This document shows, piece by piece, positions 25,185-38,520 of a stretch of DNA of 64,000 bases. The translations under genes and the position numbers were made by a program. The DNA is from Octopus sinensis (taxonomy: Eukaryota). The notes beneath the pieces are model-generated. The model was given only the letters and a program-made list of their open reading frames with translations. It made no database searches and was not told the origin of the DNA. The first letter of the stretch is position 1, and every line of letters starts with the position of its first letter. Where the stretch lies: the NCBI RefSeq assembly GCF_006345805.1, contig NC_043008.1:11966001-12030000 (forward strand), given 5' to 3'.

Positions 25185-25550
25185 GAGTGGCTGTGTGGTA
25201 AATAGCTTGCTTACCAACCATATGGTTCCGGGTTCAGTCCCACTGCGTTCCACCTTGGGCAAGTGTCTTCTACTATAGCCTCGGGCCGACCAAAGCCTTG
25301 TTAGTGGATTTGCTATACGGAAACTGAAAGAAGCCTGTCGTATATTTATATGTATGTTTATGTTTGTCCCCCCAACATCGTTTGACAACCGATGCTGGTG
25401 TGTTTACGTCCCCGTAACTTAGCGGTTCGGAAAGAGACACCGATAGACTAAGTACTAAGCTTACAAAGAAGAAGTCCTGGGGTGGATTTTCTCGACCTAA
25501 GGCGGTGCTCCAGCATGGCCGCAGTCAAATGCCAGAAACGAATAAAAGAA
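25185..25550 (+). mobile_element. SINE family A
   Basis: Homologous to 1-410. Confidence 0.85.
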
Positions 25551-25726
25551 CATGCAAACTTTTGTAAGTGCCGAGTGTGTTGGTATTTTACTGGCAAGAA
25601 AGTAAATGGCGACTGCATATATCTGTAAAACAGCCAAGATTGGTCGGGTCTTTATACTTAAAAGTGGGAAATATTTGCCAACTGGCCGCTGCGGCGAACA
25701 CATTTTTAAATATTACATATATAAAT

Positions 25727-25770
<44 letters not shown>

Positions 25771-26887
25771 TAAATATATATATGTATATATATATATATA
25801 TATTATATATATATATATACATATATATATGGAGGGAGAGAGAGCGAGTGAGAAAGAAAGACCACTACAGACAGGAGAGAGATATAGCGAGAGCGAGAGG
25901 GAAAGAGAGAACTATATATCATTCTTGATGTATAGGCATTGTCGTTTGACGAGCTACCGCAGTATTTGTTTTGAAAGAACATCTGTTATGGACGTGCAGT
26001 GTTAAGAACACAATAAACATCGGAAAGAGAAGAAAATTAGTCTGAGCAAGCCAGCGAAAGCGGCAGGTGCATTTCTGAATTATTCAGACGTTTCATTAGC
26101 GCCTACTCGCCGCCTTCAAAAGGATCGAAGAAAAATTCGCCGTCTCTGATAAACGTGAAAACGAACAACACATGCAGTGATGTTGCAACTAACTGCCCTG
26201 CTAGGCCCGGTGCTTGAACCCATCATGTGAAATACCTGGACACTATAGAGTACGCGTTAAGATCTTTCGAATCAATCAAAGGGAATATTTTTCAAATAAG
26301 AAGACAAATATATATCTTTTATATAACCGTCATGAATACTTTTATTGTAGGCCTTCATTTGAGGTTTTTATCAAGACAGAGTTTAAACTCATACTACCAG
26401 AACTAATTTACTTTGATGCGAAGAGAAAATTGCCTGAAGAAAGCTGAAGCTGAGAAAAAGCTGTTTTATTTATATTTCTTCTCATGGATCTGCTTGTTTT
26501 AGTTTTTCCTTCTAAAAATGGAAATAAATGCCTTGAAGCTAGTCTTCATTAGAAATGCGTTGTTTGGCTCACTGAGCAGCAAGCAGCCTCGAGATGGCTG
26601 AGACGTTCAGCACTATTGATATTCACTTCCGGTTTTATGTCGTCCGCAGACATTTTTTTCTCTTTTTTTGGTTATAATTATCTTCAACACATTTTCCATT
26701 TTATTAAAGCAAACACTTACAAACAAGCGCCCACACCCTGAGAACATGCACATATATGTATATGCGCTCTTATAGACACATAAATCCACGCATATAAACA
26801 TGTTTGTATATATCGATCAATCCATACATCCGTCCATACATATATAATCTTAAACATATATAAATATATATGCATATACATGGATTC

Positions 26888-26968
<81 letters not shown>

Positions 26969-27066
26969 TATAGATAGATCGTTAGCCATGATAGATCGTC
27001 AGCCACTACACACATTTTTCTCTCCTTTTTTCTCTCCTCGTTTCTCTCCTTATTTTTTCTGTATTC

Positions 27067-27102
27067 CTTTCTGTAGAAGAGCGTAGGCTCGAAACGTAAA
27101 AG
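27067..27102 (+). ncRNA. Degenerate minimal hammerhead-like motif
   Basis: CUUU-CUGUAGA-A-GAGC-guag-GCUC-GAAA-CG-UA-AAAG; core deviates from CUGANGA at position 6. Confidence 0.45.
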
Positions 27103-27703
27103 ACTTTTTCTATTCCTGAGCGTTATACTAATACATCTGTTTGTTTTGTACACCACCTGTCTTCGTCTTTTGTTTTTTTTTCGTAAACTCTCCCTATATC
27201 TGTGTATATGCCAGTGCCTGTGTTTGTGCGAAGACACGATACTGTATATCAACGTGTTTGGCTTACGATCAGAGGGTCAGGATATCAATTCCCTAACCGG
27301 TTAACGGAAGCATTGTGCCTTTGTTTAAGGTTCTTCACTTGATGCTTCTCTCATCTTCCTAGCTGAAAAGGAGTTCTAACCGAGCTCTAATTCAGCCCTA
27401 TCACCTACCAGCTATCACATGCTTAATGTTCCAATGTTCCACTGGTTGATATTTCGTTTTGTCTAGCATGCCAACGATTCTGCCTAATCTCCGCCTCATA
27501 CCGTCTAATAATATTGGTTTCAAATTTCGGTATAGAGCCGGTAATTTTAGATTAGTGCGTAAATCGATTACATTGACCTCGAAAGGATAAAAGACAAAAC
27601 TGCCCTCGGCTGAATTTGAACTCAGAAACGTAAACACGGACAAAGTATTTTAGCAAGCCTGCGAACGATTTTTTCTAGCTCACCGCTTCATAGATGGAAT
27701 TTA

Positions 27704-27998
27704 TCTTTATATATAATAGTCAAGTTGTGTGTCTGTCTCCTACTATTTAGATTCCTAACTACTCCCACATTTTGCGGTGCAGTTTAACCGAAACCGGGTA
27801 TCTTATAGTCGTGATTCAATTCGAGCCCTACTGGGTATTAGCGCGCGTCTACGATGAGTCTCCGATTTAAAAAAAAACTTGCCATCATTTTCTTTCCATT
27901 TTTAATGCATTTTTTTGCTATTTTTTGGTTGTAACTCTAAAAATGCTTATATAGTTATTTCCCTTACAAACCCGAGCAACGCCGGGCGATACTGCTAG
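27704..27998 (+). mobile_element. Non-autonomous Helitron (same subfamily as 10157)
   Basis: A|TC...CCCGAGCAACGCCGGG...CTAG|T. Confidence 0.85.
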
Positions 27999-28304
27999 TA
28001 TTAAATAAATGCTTTGTCTCTACCAAGAGTTGTCCTATTTTGTTTTGATGTTCCTTGTTCGTGGAATCCTTTGGAATTTTGTGTTCATGAAACGTATTTC
28101 GATATCTACTGAAGTATCTATAATTTATTAGGGTAAGAAAGAGTGGTTAATTATAATTTTATCGTAGTTTTGGTACATGATCCCCCCCACCCCGAAAAAT
28201 CTATACAAGATAGCAATATATAGTTATTCACAGAAATATAGTCGTAAAGAATATAATATCAATATCCGAAATTAGAGCCTGTTGCGTTAATTGTATATAA
28301 ACGA

Positions 28305-28608
28305 TTGACGTCGCCATTTTCAAGCCTAGCCAGGCTCATGGGCCCGGTTTCCTGGTTTCTGTGGTGTATGTGTTCCCCCCACCTGGACGGGACGCCAGTC
28401 TATCGTAGCGTTACTCAAGAAACAGGAAGAGAGAGAGAAGTTGTGGCGAAAGAGTACAACAGAAGTCGCCACCAGCCCCTGCCGGAGCCTCGTGGAGCTT
28501 TTAGGTGTTTTCGCTCAATAAACACACACAATGCCCGGTCTGGGAATCGAAACCGCGATCCTCCGACCGCGAGTCTGCTGCCCTAATCACTGGGCCATTG
28601 CGCCTCCT
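28305..28608 (-). mobile_element. tRNA-derived SINE family C with 13-bp flanking direct repeat
   Basis: Head GGAGGCGCAATGGCCCAGTG...GGTTTCGATTCC; ATTGTATATAAAC at 28290-28302 and 28611-28623. Confidence 0.85.
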
Positions 28609-29289
28609 TGATTGTATATAAACATTTTAATAAGGTGCTTACTGAAAATTAAACGCTACATATTTTTCAAACATTATGGCTTCACACAAGAGGAAAGTCT
28701 CACTCATGAGATCATGATATCGTAATTAGTTTTTCGTGATGATATCAGCTTTATATATATTCATAGCTTCATTCATAAACAAGGATTAGGGATTAATAGA
28801 CCCCTACTGGTTTCATATTTGCCACGTCAAAGTATTTTTAGATCATGTGATAACTCTAAGCAGTCACAGAAAAATAACTTTAAAAAGAAAAACGAGAGCG
28901 TAATCTTTCCAACCTTGCTTTCATTAAATTGAAGGTATTTTATACCCGGACGTGAAATCATGAGGGGCTGTAATAGTAAGAAAGCTGTTAGCTTGGTGGA
29001 TTATGATATCACTCACCGTTGCTCTTACTGTGCTAAGAATATATTTTACAAGAAGTCTCAAGGTGGATGTGATTAAGACAAACTTTCGTTGGGAATTTTT
29101 AAGTGTAGTTATATGTTATATATCGCATTCATTTTTTTTCTCTAACACAAGACTATACATGAAACTCATATATACACGAACACACAAGAACTTATTTGGA
29201 CTAACTTTATTTTAAACAGCCACTATACCTACGCATGCGCGCAAACACACTAACACACTACAGACAAGCAGGCACCACACAAGTAAACA

Positions 29290-29681
29290 CACATACACAT
29301 ATACATATACACACACATACATTCATACATACATACGTACATACATACATACATACATATATACATATATACATACATTTATTCATACATATATACATTC
29401 ATACATACGTACATACATATTTACATACATAAATACATACATACATTCATATATACATACATACATAAATACATACATTCATATATATACATACATATAT
29501 ACATACATTCATACATACATACGTACATACATACATATATACACACATACATACATAAATACATACATACATTCATATATACATACATACATAAATACAT
29601 ACATACATTCATATATACATACATATATACATACATACATACATACATACATACATACATACATACACACACATAAATACA

Positions 29682-29715
<34 letters not shown>

Positions 29716-29875
29716 CATACCTACATACATACATACATACATATATACATACATACATATATACAAACATTCATACATACATACATACATACGTACATAC
29801 ATACATACATACATACATACATACATACATACATACATACATACATACATACATACATACATACATACATACATT
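29290..29875. repeat. (TACA)n microsatellite
   Basis: Direct reading. Confidence 0.95.
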
Positions 29876-30022
29876 TTTAGTCACTGCAAAATTGAATTAG
29901 CTTAACCGCTAGAAACACACTGCGACTTCAGACCGGGTATATCGTACATATTTTTATTTCAGTATGTCTGCTTGACTTAATTTCAAGTGCCTTTTCGTTT
30001 TAGCGGTATCCGACTAGCTGTG

Positions 30023-30072
<50 letters not shown>

Positions 30073-30684
30073 TGTGTGTATAATGTAGAAGCTGAATACA
30101 GAAGCAGAAAATTCCAATAGACCAAAATATTAATGTATGCTGGAGAAAGTTTCATTCGGTTTTGTAAGTTAGCAATTATGAAGATCTGTGAGAAGGGAGT
30201 TGTTGATGCGGTTGTTGTTGTTGTTGCTGTTGATGTTGTTACTATTTTATAGAGAAATGTCTGTAATGAAATTTGACAGTAAATTCTAAGTTAGCTGCGT
30301 TGCTTTGACACCTGCATTAGAGAAAATTTCGTGTTGCAGACAAACAGACAGATCTCATTAAATTGTGAATTCCTTGACATTATGGCTGACTAAAACAATT
30401 GCTCGATAAGGACGAATATTCAGTCTTGTTTTGACGAGATGACACGCCTCTGTCCACAGCTTATTGAAAATGCCAACTTATTGTTCATCTGACAAAGGCT
30501 AACATTATCGGGTCTGGTTTTTAATGAGTTTTGAGAACGTTTAGAATCGGAAATAGTCAAACTATAGAAAGCAGGCAGTTAACGTTCTTACAATGAAAAT
30601 ATGTGCCAGTTGTATTGTGTTTTTTTTCAATTTAATGCGAGAGAATGTAAAACGAATGTGATACAAATGAATCTTCTCTCACAT

Positions 30685-30850
30685 AGGCGCAGGAGTGGCT
30701 CTGTGGTAAGTAGCTTGCTAACCAACCACATGGTTCCAGGTTCGGTCCCACTGCGTGGCATCTTGAGCAAGTGTCTTCTGCTATAGCCCCGGGCCGACCA
30801 ATGCCTTGTGAGTGGATTTGGTAGACTGAAACTGAAAGAAGCCTGTCGTA

Positions 30851-30891
<41 letters not shown>

Positions 30892-31130
30892 TATATATGT
30901 ATGTGTGTGTATGTGTTTGCGTGTCTGTCTTTGTCTCCCTAGCATTGCTTGACAACCGATGCTGGTGTGTTTATGTCCCCCATCACTTAGCGGTTCGGCA
31001 AAAGAGACCGATAGAATAAATACTGGGCTTACAAAGAATAAGTCCCGGGGTCGATTTGCTCGACTAAAGGCGGTGCTCCAGCATGGCCGCAGTCAAATGA
31101 CTGAAACAAGTAAAAGAGTAAAAGAGAATA
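30685..31130 (+). mobile_element. SINE family A
   Basis: Full head, expanded internal (TA)n, tail. Confidence 0.85.
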
Positions 31131-32212
31131 GAGTATACGTTTGCAATCCCGTTTCGTTTGTTTTCCTTGCTTAATGTTGCTGCTTATTTTATGCATGTAA
31201 TAATAAATTTCCACGTCCTTTAACGATACTGCAGAAAGGAATATGGGCTGGCAGGGAATTGATTATAATAAATGAGAAATGCAAGCGAGAAATTAACCAG
31301 TTTAAAGAAAGCTTAGTAAGTCCTGCCAAAGCCATGAACAGTCATAGACGCGACGGCTGATTGCAGATGGATGTAAAAGCAGGTTATATTCATATTATAC
31401 GTTTGTATATCCTTTTATGACTTTTTTATATTAATAACCCATAATCCTTTATCGGTTGTTATATCCTCTCTATATATGTTAGCGTTAGATATCGTCTCCG
31501 AAGTAACTTAATTTAAAGGAATAAATCCTTCTGTGAAGTATTAAAACCTGTTTGAAGCATGACAAAGTGTACTTCCAAGAAAGACGCTCACGCAAGAATC
31601 GTACCTGAATCGTCTACATACTCTGTTACTACCGTACGTTTTATCCTCAGAATTAAATATATATTGGATTATGCTTCAGCATATTAAGGCCCCATTTCCT
31701 CGGGAGATTAGATCTCTCACGATATAAAACTCTTATAGCTTTCTGCATGACAACGAAATACACAGCCGTTCGCAGATGGATTTTAGTAAAGCTCTGGCTT
31801 TATTTGATGACAGCGAATGCTTAATACTCTAAGGCTGTCCGACGCATGTTGTTAAGGATATTTCTAACTCTAATCCCAATAAGAGAAGAAATGGAACAGA
31901 AATGTGCTTACTTTTCAGTTTATCGTTTCTAAACGTATATCATACTAATATCCCCTCTTGAAGAAAATTAGTAGATTTGAAACCCAAATATATCGAGTAT
32001 TTCATTTATCAGGATGTAACATTCTATCAATCTCGTATAAGTATGTAATCCACTGACCAACAATTACGTAATGAAAACCTATCATTCCGTACATTGTTAT
32101 TAATTCTAATTTAGTAATGAAATGATACTGGGTAACGTATTAAACACAAGAGTTCCCTTGCATAAAGGATATATTTGGGAATTCAAAAAAGACTTTTAAA
32201 AAAATTACTTAC

Positions 32213-32322
32213 TTCAAGCCTTGGTCATCAAGGCATTTTGGAAAGATGACATTGATGTCTTCATCACTATGGCGTAATCCGAAACTGATTGCCGAATGAA
32301 ATGCATTAAACTCCTTAATATG
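32213..32322 (-). CDS. Candidate internal coding exon (HIKEFNAFHSAISFGLRHSDEDINVIFPKCLDDQGL), host gene unidentified
   Basis: Acceptor tttccttcgtag, donor AA|gtaagt; 110 nt, open in phase 0 to phase 2; non-repetitive. Confidence 0.4.
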
Positions 32323-33568
32323 CTACGAAGGAAACTCTTGTAAATACAGAAGAAAGATACTTCAGTTAGTGTTTTGTTACGTTGCGAAAATCATCAGAGA
32401 ATAAAAATGAGGTTTTGAGAAATGTTCTCATATTTAGTCAGCTTGTTCAATAGAAATAAACAAGTAACCACTTTGGAATGGACTTGCTCATTTTAAGCTG
32501 GAGTTTGCTGTCGCAATCCACCTTGCTCGTATCTGATTTGATTGCAATAAAAAAACTAGGGGGATTCTTTCATGGTCTTTGGATCTTCTAAAAATAGAGA
32601 GAATTTCTCCCTCGAATCACTCCTTAATACCTTGAATAAGGAAACAGCATCTCGAGTATTTAGTCTTATATACATCTAAAGAGAGAAGATAGTCACGGCT
32701 GGAATAGGCTTTTTTTATCCTGTTTGCTCGACAACAATCAGCTTGGGAATGACCAGACAAAAAGCAGCAATACGTATTAAAGGCGCACCTATTTCATACC
32801 AACAGTATTCTACGAATTCAATGAGTATTGATGTAATGAGATTGACTGTTTATTGCTCATATCTAGTTTAATTAAACAGAGACGAGTTATATACAGTAAG
32901 CAATTCGCCAAGATATATAGATATAAACGGCCCACAAAATATTCAGTGGAGACGTATATAATTATATTGATGGCGATGAAGGTGGTGTTGGTATTTGTGG
33001 TGGTTTTGCGAGGAGGTTGATGTCAACCCGTGTCCGAATACAACCAGTAGCGGTATTCCTTAAAGTGGAACAGCAAAATAAAATTCAGCTGTGCAAGTTA
33101 GTGCCACAGCCTGATGTACAACTTCTGTGTGCCATCAAGAGAGACGAAACTACAGAAGTCGTAGCATTTCATCACCGCAGTCATTGTACGGCGTGTGATA
33201 TCCCGATGACGTCAGTTTCAAAGAGAACCTTTGATGTGTGCTTCGTATGTATTTAGTTCTAAGAAACTCCTGGTCCTTAAGCGAATAATATTAAATTATC
33301 CTTGTTCTATATACACACGAAATAGAGCCTATGAGTACAGTTAGAATATCTTATATTACTCGATTAGGACTGGCCTTCGACGAAAGACTAATAGCCCAAA
33401 CAAATATTTATGTGAATGGAGCCAATGAACATGTTCTACAGTTGTCTCACGGCAGGTTACGAAGGGCGAACAAATCCACAAACCGAGGTCAAATTATAAG
33501 CTGCGACGTTACAAATAGCACAACAAAAACAACATAATAAATACAATTCAGGATAGAATACATTTAAA

Positions 33569-33735
33569 TTGAGTGCGGAATGAGTAATGTGTGAAATAGT
33601 TCTGAACGTAGGGTAGGCTGAAGTAGGGTCTTACCCGGGGCCCAAAACAAATAACAAAAGCATCTCTGTACATTCAGTAATAATTTCAAGGAAACAGGTA
33701 TAGAAAATGCAAAATGACACGCGAATTATGTATGT
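33569..33735 (+). repeat. ~165-bp direct repeat, copy 1
   Basis: Near-identical to 35072-35237. Confidence 0.9.
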
Positions 33736-33774
33736 ATATATATATACATACATACACATATATATATATGTATA

Positions 33775-34077
33775 TGTCACCGTGATCACCGTGACCGACC
33801 AGGCTATCAGATGTTGCTACACATCGCTGGCACAATGCGCTTCGCATTGTTTTAGCCTTTAAATGACGCCACCCAGGTGGCTAAGCGAGCACGCCAACGG
33901 AAGAAAGAGTGAGAGAAGGTTGTGGCGAAAGAGTACAGCAGGGATCGCCACCATCCTCTGCCGGAGCCTCGTGGAGCTTTAGGTGTTTTCGCTCAATAAA
34001 CACTCACAACGCCCGGTCTAGGAATCGAAACCGCGATCCCACGAGGGATCCCTAACCATGGGCCATTGCGCCTCCAC
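33775..34077 (-). mobile_element. SINE family C (alternative tail)
   Basis: Shared head and centre with 36097; different 3' end. Confidence 0.75.
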
Positions 34078-34553
34078 ATATGGATATGTATGAATATATA
34101 CATATATATATAATATATATGTATGAATATATACATATATATATAAATATATATGTATATATATGAATATATATGTGTGTGTGTGTATGTGTGTGTGAGG
34201 TGTGAGGTATATGCATGTAACTTGTACTAGGTTATGAAATAATTGAACTTTCGATTTTATTATGTTGAGTGCATGTTTAAAATGTTTCTCATAGGTCAGA
34301 CGAAGTTCTGATTCACACTAGTATGACTTCGATCACGATCTTCCCTTATATAGATATTTTCATTTCCGATTTCGTGGTACCAGCATATCAATGTAAACTT
34401 GTGTGAACGAGTGTGTGTGTGTGTATGTGTATCCTCACTCACATGCTTATTTGTGTATACGTGTGTACACATACATACACGTACGATTATGCACGCGTGT
34501 ATGTACCTATGATCCTGATTATTGATGTTGTTGCTTAGCGTGAGAGAGAAAAA

Positions 34554-34599
<46 letters not shown>

Positions 34600-34789
34600 A
34601 TGAGAGAGAAACGAAGAGATAGAGAGAGAGAGTGTTTGTGTGTTTGTGTTTGTGTGTGTAATAGAGAACCCATACGTACGTATGTATGTATGTATGTATA
34701 TGTAGGCTTGGGTGTGTATTTATGCATTTATGTATGTTTCTTTCCATTTATATGTCTGTATATGTGAATGCGTATATGTGAGTATTTCG

Positions 34790-34858
<69 letters not shown>

Positions 34859-35009
34859 CGTGTGTCTCTGAGTGTATATACTGGATCATTTTAAATCTAA
34901 ACATAATATAGATATAGAATCATGAAATTAAATAGATTACCAGACATACATGTTCAATTGTAACGACTTGAATATATATCTATATATCTATATATACATA
35001 CATACATAT

Positions 35010-35052
<43 letters not shown>

Positions 35053-35071
35053 TATAATATATATATATATA

Positions 35072-35234
35072 TTGAGTGCGGAATGAGTAATGTGTGAAAT
35101 AGTTCTGAACGTAGGGTAGGCTGAAGCAGGGTCTTACCCGGGGCCCAAAACAATAACAAAAGCATCTCTGTACATTCAGTAATAATTCCAAGGAAACAGG
35201 TATAGAAAACGCAAAATGACACGCGAATTATGTA

Positions 35235-35237
<3 letters not shown>
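35072..35237 (+). repeat. ~165-bp direct repeat, copy 2
   Basis: Flanked by (TA)n; near-identical to 33569-33735. Confidence 0.9.
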
Positions 35238-35274
<37 letters not shown>

Positions 35275-35278
35275 TATA

Positions 35279-35329
<51 letters not shown>

Positions 35330-35731
35330 GTGTGTGTGTGTACACATATATTTATGTATTTGTATATATAGGGAACATTTATTGTTCTTTCTTGAAATGC
35401 ATTATCGAAAAGCCACACTCAATTAAAGTATTACCAGACTTCTTAACAAGGCATTCCTGTCGATGGTGTTTTTGTTATATCTGTCTAGACCTTACACTCT
35501 TTTTCGTCTTCATAAATTGTTTGTTTGCAGCATTCGTTAATTATAAACTTCAGTGAATAGAAACATAGGAAAGATGTTCTGACTTATAGAATGTCTTCGT
35601 TGTCACATTTTAAAATTTTAATATTAAATCTATGCGTCTTTCAACAGTTAGAAATCTTGCTAATCTGCTCTCTAGAAATTAATTTTGCGCAAGTATTAAT
35701 ATTCGCATAAATATTAACGTAACTCTCTAAG

Positions 35732-36030
35732 TGTGGAGGCACATAGCGTAGTGGTTAGAGCAGTGGACTCGTGGTCAAGGTATCGCGGGTTCGAATCTCA
35801 GACCGAGCGAAACACTTAAGTTCCACGCATCTCCGGCAGAAGGTAATGGCGAACTTCTGCTGACTCTTTTGTCACAACTTTCTCTCACTCTTTCCTCCTG
35901 CATCTTGCAGCTCACCTGCGATGGACCGGCGTCCCGTCCAGATGGGGAACCTATACGCCATGGAAAACGGGAAACCGGCCTTATGAGCCAGGCATGGCTC
36001 GAGATGGAACAAACAACAACTCTTTGAGTA
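35732..36030 (+). mobile_element. SINE family C
   Basis: tRNA-like head GGAGGCACATAGCGTAGTGGTTAG...GGTTCGAATC. Confidence 0.75.
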
Positions 36031-36096
36031 GAAATCGATTTTTCTTTTTTTTTTCTCAAATTTGCTGCCAATTAAGTACATGATACATATTTTACC

Positions 36097-36480
36097 GTGG
36101 AGGCGCAATGGCCCAGTGGTTAGGGCAGAGGACTCGCGGTCGTAGGATCGCGGTTTCGATTCCCAGACCGGGCGTTGTGAGTGTTTATTGAGCGAAGGCA
36201 CCTAAAACTCCACGAGGCTCCGGCAGGGGATGGTGGTGATCCCTGCTGTACTCTTTCAACACAACTTTCTCTCACTCTTACTTCCTGTTTCTGTTGTACC
36301 TGTATTTCAAAGGGCCGGCATTGTCACTCTCTGTGTCACGCTGAATATCCCCGAGAACTACGTTAAGGGTACATGTGTCTGTGGAGTGCTCAGCCACGTA
36401 CACGTTAATTTCACGAGCAGGCTGTTCCGTTGATTCGGATCAACCGGAACCCTCGTCGTCGTAACCGACGGAGTGCTTCC
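36097..36480 (+). mobile_element. SINE family C
   Basis: Head as above; tail CCCTCGTCGTCGTAACCGACGGAGTGC shared with 41687 and 53370. Confidence 0.85.
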
Positions 36481-36619
36481 ACCACATATTTTACCGTATA
36501 AAGTGCTATTTCATAATGAAATGTAGTACTGTGTATTTTGTAGACATATCCAAAATTTCCAACCAAATTCTATACCAGTGGACATCTCCAGCAAACTATT
36601 GATGTCTCATACACCTGAA

Positions 36620-38520
36620 GTTCCTTCCTTTTCTCGTCTAAGTAATCTATACACTCATAAACACAGAGTAGCTATGGGTTCTCCATATGGACGTACCCAC
36701 CTCACAATTACAACATTTTCGTTGTCATACAGGGAAAGCAATCCAATACAATGCTGAAATATGTCAATCATGGAATAAATGACTGAAATATTCCAACATT
36801 TGTATCACATAGTACTTTCTACCTGCTCTACATATTTTATTGCAAATAATGTGGCTTCTTTTTGGATCTGGCTTGTGTTGTGTCCCTTCACCCTATCTTA
36901 ACTCACACCTCTTTTCCTTCTCAACAGCCTTTTTTCATCTACTTATTATTTCTAGGCAGAATTCAAACCATTATTCCAATCATTCTTTTCCTGTACATCA
37001 TTTTTCAGGAAACCGTTTCCTACAAATATTTTCCTTGTAGATCATGTTTTTCTCGAGAAAGGCAATAATCTACTGTAACTCCTCAGTTTCCAGCTTGTAT
37101 AACTAATGCATATCTACCTCACCGGTTTCAAGGGTCTTGCAATAATCATGGATATCTTCTTTCAAACCAAACCGAACGAGTAAAACAAAGATACACAGTT
37201 AACACGGATAAATTGATGATATTTTTTTTTACTTTTAATCTTTCAATCTTTCTGTCATTCGAGTATGGCCATGCTGGAGCACTGCTTTGAATATTTTCTA
37301 GTCGACTGTATCATCATATTTCTTGTAAATGTCACAGCGAATTTGAAGATGCTCGAATTTTTTATCTTTAAAATCTTGAATAGCTGAATATGTTTTCGAT
37401 AATGGAATATATTGGGATAACAAATTTCGTTTATGGCCATGGTGCATATATTGCAACTGTTTTTCTTAAAATATTAAAAATAATCCTCTTATGCATTAAG
37501 AAAGGGTTTTTTTTTCTCCATGGATTTTGAAATGTTCTTTTTATAATATAAATAAGATTCTTCTTTTTTATATATCCCCTTCTATTAAGATCTGCAAAGA
37601 ATACTCTATCGAATAAACAAAATAATACTCAGGAATGGATAGGAAGAATTTTGCTACACAGTAAGAAAAGTGCGTGAATAAATTACACCCACCCATCCAT
37701 ATATATAAACACATGCACACATGTATATAATACCGTATTACTCTGTTACTGATATTGCCTGCAATAGTAGTAGGGCATGTAATCTCCCCTTTTCCAAGGA
37801 AATATTCAATAAGACAGGTCGCTACTAATAACGCCCTACTTATCGGTGTCAGCAGAGAGAACATAACTGCCGCCACTACCATGAAAAGTACGAAGCCTAA
37901 AGATGGACATTGGAAGATTGTGAGCTTCATCCTCGACCCTATATCTAGAAGAATCTTAAGACAGACGAAGGTACAAAATTCTTGTTTGAGTAGTAGCATT
38001 TTCCGGGTAGCCATAAATGTAAAAAATTTTAAAGATGCCCAGTCAAAAACTTCATTCAGTTGCTATCTCAATATGAAAAACATCATTGTATCTAAGTGAT
38101 ATCGAGCGCCTATTCTAAAACTTAAATTTGAAAACCCAGGCTATTACTTCCATGAGGCGACATGCATAGAAATTACAAAACTCATTAAAAAAATGAGCAC
38201 ATTGGCATATGCGAAAGTGACTTTAAAAAAAGATATGTCAACAACCATTTTGCTTTTGTCACTTGGAGGAGAAGGGAACTACTAAATTAGCTAGTCATAT
38301 ATGGAAGTTAAAGATAACGATACCTCATACAACATGAAACGGAGCATCGTAGAACCATCCAAGCTATACGTTAATGGGTCAAGTCGTTGCAGGCTATGTA
38401 TAGTCGAATTAATTCATATCCTTTTTAAATCTGAGAAATCCACGGACCTATACCATTCTCGACCTGAATTCATCACTAAATGCAGTCATCTGGGTAAGTT
38501 ACTAATAAACAACTGGAGAA
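36620..38520 (+). mobile_element. Decayed Penelope-like element (RT and GIY-YIG remnants)
   Basis: LYTHKHRVAMGSPYG (~36630-36700, cf. YxQxxGxAMGSP); FLDL at 36859; CLSSSIFRVAINV; ASHIWKL; RCRLCIVELIHIL...RPEFITKCSHLGKLL (ORF 38301..38582), typical of the PLE GIY-YIG C-terminus. Confidence 0.72.

Noticed and set aside
34285-34345. CAGACGA-AGT...ACT hammerhead-like pattern
   Set aside because: Core altered and GAAA absent
36097-36175. tRNA gene
   Set aside because: A/B boxes are present but run directly into a SINE body repeated many times; no clean cloverleaf or terminator
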